NCBI GenBank assembly: GCA_005222975.1
Contig: NJBI01000009.1
Coordinates: forward strand, 1 to 64,000
Reading direction: 5' to 3'
DNA: 64,000 bases
Source: Promethearchaeota archaeon Loki_b31
GTDB taxonomy: Archaea; Asgardarchaeota; Lokiarchaeia; Sigyniarchaeales; SOKP01
The translations under genes and the position numbers were made by a program. How positions within the stretch are numbered: the stretch's first letter is position 1; every line of letters begins with the position of its first letter. Shown in pieces: positions 29,784 to 37,910 of this stretch. The notes under the pieces are model-generated. The model was not told where the DNA came from and made no database searches. It worked only from the letters and a program-made list of their open reading frames with translations.

Positions 29784-31067
29784 CTAACAAGTCAAAGGGG
29801 GTCCCGTGGGGTTGTAATACCTCCACAATTCCAGCTTAACAAATTTTTTGTTTTCACATTTTTCTACTTTTCCAACGCTTTTGACATTTGCAAATTTTCT
29901 ATTGTTATTAATGTAAGTGTTATGATTCTGAATGATGGTTGCAAATAAGTACCCGTTAATGTTTTTTAAGAATAGGTAAAAATCTTTGCTCTCGTTTAAG
30001 TTGTTAAATACCTGGGTTGCATTTCCTAAGACTACTTGGACTATGTCTGCGCCATCAACGAGCGAATCTTCGTAATCGCCTGACTCTCCATCTACACAGA
30101 CAAAAGCAGGGTCGAGCACACCTAATTTAGACATTACTTTCTTTAACAAGCCGGCGGATTTTACTAAGCTCCTAAAACCTGAAACCCTAAATCGTTCTAT
30201 AACTCTCCTCTCTACTTGCCTGTGGATCGTTGACATTTTGATCCCTAACCTCTCGCAAAGAGCTGAAACGCTCACTCCATTGGGCTGAGAACAGAGCAGA
30301 GTGATGGAGGTTACGAGCCCCACGATAACATCGTCCTTCGTGTTTTTAATTTTCTCGTAAAACCGAGACAAAATCTTGTATGACTGGTAATAAAAAGACA
30401 TTCCCAAATCGAAGTGTTCGGTAATTTCTAAAATTCTTTGGATTATATATTCCTTGCGGTCTCTTTCTTTGTATTGCGGCCATAAACTTGCCATAGGAAT
30501 CTTGAATTCGTTAAAATCCTTTTTGGAAATCTTCGAAACTTCTAACAATTCTCTCTCGCTTATTGGTGTATTGTTGTGCTTATAATAAAAATAAATCACG
30601 CAAGGCACTAACATTTCAGTGCTCCGAAATTTCGTGCCTTTGCCTAATTGAGCTCGAATCTTTTTAAAAACTTCCAAAATACTAACAGAGTCGCTCAGAG
30701 GAAAGTCAAGATTCGTTAAAATGCTTTTTATCGCTATTTTTGCCGAAATTACAACGTTTTCCTCGCTCGTACGGTGAGAATCTAGCCTGTTTAAACCTTC
30801 GAGTCTAACCGAGTTTTTTGTTGCGCGCCTTTCGCTTTTGTACCCCATCTGAGTTTTACCCAAGACGGCGTACTGAACGATATCGGCGTCGTACGGTCTG
30901 TGGTACTCTAATTTCTGAACTTCTAGAACGATACCACAGTCTCGGCAGGTGTAGCACTCGCGAGTTTCGACAATGTTGCAAGATCCGCAAACATCGCAGC
31001 GCTCCAAAGGGTTTTGAACGGAGTCTACTACTATCGAATCGATTTTTACTAATTCGTGGGTTGCCAT
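29784..31067 (-). CDS. Divergent transcription initiation factor TFB/TFIIB paralog
   Basis: Zn ribbon CDVCG...CRDCGIV, two cyclin-like repeats, C-terminal HTH SVSALCERLGIKMSTI, extra C-terminal domain. Confidence 0.75.
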   Translation of the reverse strand: MATHELVKIDSIVVDSVQNPLERCDVCGSCNIVETRECYTCRDCGIVLEVQKLEYHRPYDADIVQYAVLGKTQMGYKSERRATKNSVRLEGLNRLDSHRTSEENVVISAKIAIKSILTNLDFPLSDSVSILEVFKKIRAQLGKGTKFRSTEMLVPCVIYFYYKHNNTPISERELLEVSKISKKDFNEFKIPMASLWPQYKERDRKEYIIQRILEITEHFDLGMSFYYQSYKILSRFYEKIKNTKDDVIVGLVTSITLLCSQPNGVSVSALCERLGIKMSTIHRQVERRVIERFRVSGFRSLVKSAGLLKKVMSKLGVLDPAFVCVDGESGDYEDSLVDGADIVQVVLGNATQVFNNLNESKDFYLFLKNINGYLFATIIQNHNTYINNNRKFANVKSVGKVEKCENKKFVKLELWRYYNPTGPPLTC

Positions 31068-31718
31068 TTTTTTATAATCACTAACTTTATTTTTAGTATT
31101 TTTTAATATTTTAATTCTGTAATTATTTTTAAACTAAGAAATGAAGATCACCAGTATGCTATTTTAAGATTTGGAATTAGGTAAAAAATAGCGTAGAAGT
31201 TCAAAAAGAAAACGCATAAAAGCGTAAATAGTGAAAATTGATGCGGAACCTAATAATTATTCTTCTAAAATTCATCAATCTATAGTGGAGGGTTTCATAT
31301 TTAGAAGATAAAATTAACAATTTTTTGTGAAAAACACAATTTTGCAATTCTAATCCCAACTAGTAAAATTATTTTTTCACAACCGTCGTAGTTACAGATT
31401 AAACTGGGAATATAAAAACAATCCTAATAGAAAAATTGATTTAAAATAATCGTGGATATATGTCAAAATAGAATTATGACAATATTCTTAATAAGATAAA
31501 AACCCCTATAAAATCTATGCATAAATCAAATATTATTAGAATTGGGTTTTAAATTTTCGACTTTTCTTAAGTCTCCCGTTGAAATTACATGTTAATTATT
31601 ATATTTGTCATAAATTTGTGAGAATTGTCCTATTTAAACCCCATTTTTTTATATAAAAGTCAAAGAAATTAAATAATTAAAATAAGACTATTAATTAAAG
31701 GAAATTCGAAAAAAAGAG

Positions 31719-31949
31719 TTGGAGCATGTGCAGAAAGACGATGATTTTCGGTTCGAAAAGTTAGATTGCCCGCGATGTAAGTCCAAGAAGATGATTAGGT
31801 TTGCGTGGGAGTCTGAAGCCGAACTCGAATGCACGGAGTGCGGAGAGCGATTTGACGAGAAAGACCTGTTAACTATCGACGACCCCTCGAACATTTTAAC
31901 TGTCAAAGAAAAGTTAGCGTTCATTCGCGCTTTCAAAGAAAGCGATTAG
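31719..31949 (+). CDS. Small Zn-ribbon protein
   Basis: CPRC...CTECG. Confidence 0.7.
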   Translation: MEHVQKDDDFRFEKLDCPRCKSKKMIRFAWESEAELECTECGERFDEKDLLTIDDPSNILTVKEKLAFIRAFKESD

Positions 31950-32023
31950 TCCTGATTTATTGAAGTCTCCTGTTTGAAGAAATCTAATTTTTTCTTTATA
32001 AATTCTCGCCATATATTGATTTT

Positions 32024-32785
32024 ATGTTGGATCTATTCTTTTGGCTGTTCTTAATGCTATTAATTTCCATCGGAGTTCAAACTTGGTATAGACGCGTTCA
32101 CACCCGGGGTCTCAAAGCGTTTCTGCACATTTTAGCCTTCGTTGGGGTTTTTGTTCACGAAGTGGCTCATTACGCCTTCAATGTTTTGTTTGGCGTCAAA
32201 ACCGGCAAAGTAAAAGTTAAATACCGTAGCGAAGATAAAATGAGGGTCGCCCCTCACGGATCGGTCGGTTTACCTGAGTTCGAGCGAAACTCTTTTCTAC
32301 AAACGTTTGTTGGCAGCGTAGCCCCGTTGTTTGTGTCGACTTTCCTTTTTCTTTTTTGCGTAGACATCATTTTCAACATACAAACTGATGCTTGGGTAAA
32401 TGTAGTTGCCATCGTTTTCTGCGTATCGCTTTTTATCGGTTCCGAACCTTCGGGGCAAGACATGAAACTAATTGGCGAGACTTTTAAAAGAGACCCGAAA
32501 TATTCCATTTACCAAATAGCTTTAGTCGTCGCGTCAGGGCTCATCGTGTGGTTTTTCGTAGACCTCTATTTTATCTACCTACCATTTGAAGTTCTATACT
32601 ACATCGAATACTTCTTTTTCGTGATATTGGTCTATTTCGTTTTGAAAACTGCCTTTTGGATTATCAGCAGTTGTTTCAGTGCTTTAAAAAGGCCTAAATT
32701 TCCAAGTATAAAGTTGTTGACTCGAAGGAGAAGGTTTAAAATGTTTGCTCCAAGAAAATTAAAAGAAAAAGAGGCGCAATGGTAA
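32024..32785 (+). CDS. Membrane metallopeptidase (M50/site-2-protease-like)
   Basis: GVFVHEVAH within a TM segment, SVAP, PSGQD. Confidence 0.75.
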   Translation: MLDLFFWLFLMLLISIGVQTWYRRVHTRGLKAFLHILAFVGVFVHEVAHYAFNVLFGVKTGKVKVKYRSEDKMRVAPHGSVGLPEFERNSFLQTFVGSVAPLFVSTFLFLFCVDIIFNIQTDAWVNVVAIVFCVSLFIGSEPSGQDMKLIGETFKRDPKYSIYQIALVVASGLIVWFFVDLYFIYLPFEVLYYIEYFFFVILVYFVLKTAFWIISSCFSALKRPKFPSIKLLTRRRRFKMFAPRKLKEKEAQW

Positions 32786-33136
32786 GTGAAAGGTTTTTGT
32801 TTAGTGGCGGTCGTAGTCGCAATGTTGATGTTTTACCAAAAAGAACCCGTATACACCCTAGTTATTATCGGTGTAGGATTATTCTTCTATTTGTTCTACA
32901 AAGCGAGAAAGAGCGGAAATGGAAACGGTCTACTGGGGGCTTTTTTGAGCAGAAATCAGACTTCGCAAGATAGAAACTTCGACGATTTAATGGCATTAAT
33001 AATGCTCCAACAACTACTCTCCAACAATCCTCAAGGCTCGAGCGCTTCAAGGGAAATATCCGAAGAGAGCCAGAAGCGTCGAGAAGAGATAGATAAAATT
33101 CAGCGAGAAGTTTTAGACTTGCTGGATAGCGATTAA
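32786..33136 (+). CDS. Small membrane protein
   Basis: Two N-terminal hydrophobic segments; starts directly after the peptidase stop. Confidence 0.7.
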   Translation: MKGFCLVAVVVAMLMFYQKEPVYTLVIIGVGLFFYLFYKARKSGNGNGLLGAFLSRNQTSQDRNFDDLMALIMLQQLLSNNPQGSSASREISEESQKRREEIDKIQREVLDLLDSD

Positions 33137-33165
33137 TCTTTTTATTTTTAGATGGTAATTAAATC

Positions 33166-33876
33166 ATGATCGAGCTCGAAGAATCGGCAATTATTTCTCA
33201 TATTTTCGATTTAGCTAAGAAAAACGGTCTTATATCGATCGCCGGCAAATCTGGTACGGGAAAAACCACCTTGGCTCTGCAATTTGTTAGCACACTTATG
33301 ACGCTCGAAAAAACTTACCGAGACCAGTGCGTCTGGATACAAGCAAGCGAACAATTTCCTAAAAAAAGGTTAAGAACGCTTTTTGAAAGTTATTCTGATA
33401 AAGTCAATTACGTTCTGAAAAACATATTTATTGCCCCTGGAATAAAACCTTTTTCTAACTACCAAGAGCAATCTTCTTACTTTAGAAAATTAAAGACCAC
33501 GATTTTTCCAAGTAACGCTAAAATCATCGTTATCGACAATATTTCCCATTTTTTGCGCTTTAACATCGCTTCTAACTCGGACTTTAAAAAACGGGGAGCT
33601 ATCATGGACGAATTTTTCAGCGTACAGTTGTTTCCCTTAATAATGCGTTGCCTAAGAGAGAAAATAATTCTTATCTTGGTCCACGAGGTTTCTTTCGATC
33701 CTACCTCAGGCAAGACAAAACCTTTTTTTAGCAAGTTATACGATAGAATTGACTCGATAAACATCAACCTCTCGAAGACTATGGGTTCGGGTCTAAAACA
33801 GATGGAAATTAGTTCGAAAGGTACCTCTACGAAGTTTGTCTACGAAATTGCAGAATCTGGAATCGTAAATTTGTAA
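33166..33876 (+). CDS. RadB/Rad51-paralog-like RecA-fold ATPase
   Basis: GKSGTGKT, WIQASEQFPKKRL, IIVIDNIS, YEIAESGI; no N-terminal HhH. Confidence 0.75.
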   Translation: MIELEESAIISHIFDLAKKNGLISIAGKSGTGKTTLALQFVSTLMTLEKTYRDQCVWIQASEQFPKKRLRTLFESYSDKVNYVLKNIFIAPGIKPFSNYQEQSSYFRKLKTTIFPSNAKIIVIDNISHFLRFNIASNSDFKKRGAIMDEFFSVQLFPLIMRCLREKIILILVHEVSFDPTSGKTKPFFSKLYDRIDSININLSKTMGSGLKQMEISSKGTSTKFVYEIAESGIVNL

Positions 33877-33969
33877 TAAGGGTTAGCGTTTCCGATTATA
33901 TAAAGGCAAAATTTTAATGTGCCAATTTTCCTTTTCCTTTAAATACATTGGTGAAGAAGATAATTTACG

Positions 33970-34344
33970 ATGAATGCGCCAAATACCACGATCACGAACG
34001 AAATAAAATGTTCGATCTGTCGAGCCGACATAAAACACCGCAAGATGTACCAAACAAGTTTGAAGCTCGGTGTGATTTGTAGGATGTGTAGGCAGCGCTT
34101 CTCAGACGAGGACATCGAGATGATTATAAACATGTTTTTCGCGTTTGGGGGATTCTTTGGGGCACTCGATAGGTCCAAATTCTCCATCGAGGATACTATC
34201 CTTGAATTTGCCAAAAATTTAGATAAAGAAAAGGTTGATTTTCATTCGCAAAACATCAGAATGTGGCATAAAGTATTAACTCACGGTATTACCCCAAAAG
34301 AGTTTTTAAAAGAATTATCAGCTTTTTCTGAGCAAGAACTGTGA
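33970..34344 (+). CDS. Zn-finger hypothetical protein
   Basis: CSIC...CRMC, FFAFGGFFG. Confidence 0.7.
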   Translation: MNAPNTTITNEIKCSICRADIKHRKMYQTSLKLGVICRMCRQRFSDEDIEMIINMFFAFGGFFGALDRSKFSIEDTILEFAKNLDKEKVDFHSQNIRMWHKVLTHGITPKEFLKELSAFSEQEL

Positions 34345-34531
34345 ATGCTTAGTATTTAGGGAATTAATATAGAAAGAATTTTAAACTTAGCTCTTCGTTT
34401 TTGTTATTTCTTATAAATATTATTATTATCCGTTATTTCATGACTTTGATACAAACAAACTATTTTTGAATTAATTCTTTAAAGATTATTTTTATGTTAT
34501 GAGTATATATCGTTAGAAGTTAGATTATTGT

Positions 34532-34654
34532 ATGAGAAAATTAGCAGAAAAACTCAAAAAAGTAGACATAGAATTATCTAAATGGACCAGAGAAGTTCTA
34601 TTTGAGCATTTAGTAGAAGTATGTCAAGATATTAAACAACATGGGAAATTATAA
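34532..34654 (+). CDS. Possible 40-aa protein (MRKLAEKLKKVDIELSKWTREVLFEHLVEVCQDIKQHGKL)
   Basis: Below the ORF-track cutoff; ATG about 28 nt after TATATAT; amphipathic, RHH-like. Confidence 0.35.
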   Translation: MRKLAEKLKKVDIELSKWTREVLFEHLVEVCQDIKQHGKL

Positions 34655-34821
34655 AGAGCCTAATACTATTTTTATTTTCCAATTTCAATTTAGTTTAAAG
34701 AGTTAGAATTTTTAATCCAATTTTTTATGAATAAATGAAATTGTGTACAATTTTTTTCTTTATTAGTAACCGTGTCTAATCTGAATTAATTTAAATTACA
34801 TTATGGAGTTGATACAAAAAA

Positions 34822-36088
34822 ACGTCAGATTTAGACCAAGTAAAAGGGATCAACGCTCGACAGATAAAGCTCTTGCAAGAGAGCGGTATTAGCACGGCGG
34901 AAGCTTTAGCAATGTCCCCACATAACATCATATCGGAGATCGACGGGTTAGGCGATAAAACAGCCAAGAAACTGATTTGGAATGCGCGAAACGCGTTAGG
35001 TATGACTGAGTTCATAACTGCCGATGACATCGACGAGAACACCGAGTACATTACCACTGGCTCTTCCGAATTAAACAGAATTTTAGGCGGCGGATTCCAA
35101 ACCGGAAAACTTACCGAAGTGTACGGACCCTTTAAGTCCGGTAAAACCAATTTAGCTCATACGATCGCTGTAACCATCCAGCTTCCTAAAAAAAAAGGAG
35201 GTTTAGGTTCCACAGTAGCCTACATCGACACCGAAAATACTTTTGCTAAGGAAAAAATCAAAAGAATCGCCAAAAGGTTTGGACTGGATCCGAAGAAGGT
35301 TCTATCGCAAATTTATCACGCCAGGATTTATTCATCGGACCACCAATCGCAAATGATTCAAAAAGCTGAAACTTTATGCAAAACTCGAAATGTGCGTTTA
35401 ATTGTAGTAGACAGTTTGATGGCGCTTTTGCGGGCCGAATATGTGGGTATTGGCATGTTAGCTCGTCGACAAAGCTTTTTGAACAATATGATACACGCCC
35501 TTTCCCGGGTTGCAGAGACATACAATTGTGCTGTTCTTCTTACCAATCAAGTTTCGACTAAGATGATGGGAATGTTTTCAGGAAACGACGCAATTGGCGG
35601 AAATAGTGATAAGATATTTCATCAATCACTTCTAAATCGTAGCCCATGGCTGCCACTTTCGTGTGATGTTTAAAACTAAAGGTTTCTCTTCCAATAATTC
35701 GTTAAAGCGGAGAGCTATAATAGTGGATGCGCCAGACTTGCCACCTGAAGAAGCAGAGTTTTACATAACGAGTGTAGGAATTGCCGACACGGAAAAGGGA
35801 GAGGTTCCCGAAGCTCAAGGCTTAGATTTCGAAGTCGAGACATTGTACGAAGAAGAGAGTAACGCCGAAGAGAGCGAAGTTTCCGATAATGGTAATGGTA
35901 ACCATTCGCTCATTGATGTTAAAGGAATTGGAGCCGGCACCGCAAAGAACTTAATAAAGGTCGGAGTAGGCTCTGTAAAAGAGTTGGTAAGTTCTGACCC
36001 CGAAAAAGTGGCTTCTAAAATTAACGGAGTCTCTTCTAAAATGGTCCTTGAATGGCAAACCAACGCAAAGACCTTGTTGAGCGTTTAA
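34822..36088 (+). CDS. radA: RadA/Rad51-family recombinase, two exons (34822-35604 + 35636-36088), 411 aa if spliced, extra C-terminal HhH
   Basis: N-terminal HhH, ITTGS..L..ILGGG, GPFKSGKT, YIDTENTF, LIVVDS, LTNQV; joining ORFs 34873-35673 and 35663-36088 restores IGGNIVAH...DAPDLPPEEAEFYITSVGI. Confidence 0.85.
35605..35635 (+). other. Candidate 31-nt BHB/BHL-type intron in radA
   Basis: Removal restores frame and motif; GTGAT/ATCAC stem, GGAA/TTCT central helix, ATA and AAA bulges. Confidence 0.7.
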
Positions 36089-36213
36089 AAATTAATAATT
36101 ATTACTATTTTTTTTTTCCTATCTACTTACTATTAGTGTTCTCTATTATCAGTGGCTTAGTTCCAGTAACTTTAGTTCTTATTTTTATATCTTTACTTAT
36201 TCGAAGAAAGAAG

Positions 36214-36441
36214 TTAAAGAACTTCGTCATAAAAATAGTACATGATTACGGCTGAAAAAATCCCTGCGGCAATAAAAGACATCGCTGACCACTCGGATGT
36301 AAACAATACAACCCAGAAATTCTTTTGAACTTGAGAAAAAGTTGTATATGCGCCCCAAATCGCTAAATTTATGGCACATGCTAAAAGAAATGCAATTACC
36401 ATCCAGATAGCAAAAATTATTATTACTTTTATAATCCACAT
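36214..36441 (-). CDS. Small 2-TM membrane protein
   Basis: Hydrophobic 75-aa ORF. Confidence 0.5.
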   Translation of the reverse strand: MWIIKVIIIFAIWMVIAFLLACAINLAIWGAYTTFSQVQKNFWVVLFTSEWSAMSFIAAGIFSAVIMYYFYDEVL

Positions 36442-36559
36442 CTTTTATGTAAAATGCTTATTTTTATCATAGTTAACGCAGATTATCTATTTATATGTAT
36501 ATGGAACGATTTTTTACAAAAAATGAAGCAATTATTAAATTAAGATTTTAGTAAAAAAG

Positions 36560-37591
36560 TTAATTGGTCCGCAAACTGACAGAGTTCTTTTTCCTGCGAA
36601 CGCTTCCTATAACGATCAAAGCTCCAACTACGAGTCCCGCGCTGAGGATAAACCCGAGAGTCCATTCTATCGGCACATAAAAGTAGCCTTGAATAGTTCC
36701 GTTGGTTGGTTCGGGGTCTGGCTCGGTTCCGTTTATACCGGTGCTTATAGAATAGTCTTCAGCTATCGCGTAAGCTATGTTTACCACGTCGACCTTGCAA
36801 TAGATTTTGATTTTAACAGTGTAAACTCCGCCAACCGCGGTCCCGAAGTTAAAGTGCAAGACCGTTCCAACGTTTCCAACGGTGTCGTTTCTGTAGATAA
36901 TAAAGTTGATGTCGTCGGGGTCGGTTAGATCGTAATCAATGCCGACTTCTTGACTAATTGGCTCGCCTCCAATCGCAGAAACTCTTCCGAGATAAAATTT
37001 GTAAGACACATCGGTTTTAAGCATTACGTTGTGTTCAATAATCGATCCGGCGAGAAACTTGTTGACTTGATATAACTCTAGATTGGCGATGAATTCAGGA
37101 GACATGATGTCGTACAGGCATTTGTCTTCCTTATCAAAAGAGATTTTAATGTATAAATTTAAGTTCAGCTCGGCAATAACCGAAAAAATAAGAGTGTAGT
37201 TTCCGTCAATCGCCGTCCCGAACGGTATTTCGAACCACTGGTCGCCGTGCGACACGTTGACTTCGGTTTTGAATATTTGATAAATGTCTGAGTCGGGATC
37301 TACCACCGTAACGTTGATCTCGCAATCGTGTGGCGTTACGATTTCTACTAAGATGTAATAATTGAGCTCTTCGTACAAGTACAAGTCGTCGAACTGTTGA
37401 ATATCGCTCGGAGCTAGAAATGTGAACACTTTGTCTACGAGCAATTCTTCGGAGCTCGCGTTAGGCGCGTCTATAAGTGCTAACTCGATATTTTCGTTGC
37501 CATTGAAGATAATTCGAAATTTATTAGTTAACAACCCAATAGTTAATCCTGATACGACCAAAAAAGCAAAAAGTATCGCTTTTGTATGCAA
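36560..37591 (-). CDS. Surface protein with two beta-sandwich-like repeats and a C-terminal TM anchor
   Basis: N-terminal signal/TM; repeated DPD...FGTA..G.YT; TM plus RRKK. Confidence 0.75.
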   Translation of the reverse strand: MHTKAILFAFLVVSGLTIGLLTNKFRIIFNGNENIELALIDAPNASSEELLVDKVFTFLAPSDIQQFDDLYLYEELNYYILVEIVTPHDCEINVTVVDPDSDIYQIFKTEVNVSHGDQWFEIPFGTAIDGNYTLIFSVIAELNLNLYIKISFDKEDKCLYDIMSPEFIANLELYQVNKFLAGSIIEHNVMLKTDVSYKFYLGRVSAIGGEPISQEVGIDYDLTDPDDINFIIYRNDTVGNVGTVLHFNFGTAVGGVYTVKIKIYCKVDVVNIAYAIAEDYSISTGINGTEPDPEPTNGTIQGYFYVPIEWTLGFILSAGLVVGALIVIGSVRRKKNSVSLRTN

Positions 37592-37592
37592 T

Positions 37593-37910
37593 TTAATAGC
37601 CGTACACCTCCAATTCTTTGAACTCCGAGATTAATTCCTTAACGATGGGACATCTGTCGTAATCGATGCAGGTAAAACACGGTTGGTCCGACCAGAAATA
37701 CGCTTTTTGGTCCGGTCTTTCGACTATAAGTAGCGGGAACTTGCTTTTTGGACATTCCAGAGCCGAATTGTTTATTTTACCTCTTTTAGGTAGCGCGTAC
37801 GAGAGTCCGCACACCTCGCACTTAACGAACCGTTTGTAATTGTTCGTCTTAAAAACGATTAGAGAGCACTCGCAACTAGGGCAAGCGCCTATTTCATCTA
37901 GTTTTTTCAA
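37593..37910 (-). CDS. Stand-alone topoisomerase IA C-terminal-type Zn-ribbon protein
   Basis: IGACPSC...KRFVKCEVC..SYALPKRG....CPK. Confidence 0.65.
   Translation of the reverse strand: MKKLDEIGACPSCECSLIVFKTNNYKRFVKCEVCGLSYALPKRGKINNSALECPKSKFPLLIVERPDQKAYFWSDQPCFTCIDYDRCPIVKELISEFKELEVYGY

Noticed and set aside
34772-34836. Second intron at the radA 5' end
   Set aside because: A stem exists, but no BHB register I tried gave an open spliced frame from an upstream start
35601-35637. radA insert as a transposon footprint with an AAAT target-site duplication
   Set aside because: Removing one AAAT copy plus the interior (33 nt) does not restore the frame or the IVAH motif; only a 31-nt removal does
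34873-36088. Intein or simple ribosomal frameshift in radA
   Set aside because: No intein terminal motifs or length; a frameshift alone would leave about 10 extra residues inside the conserved GGNIVAH motif
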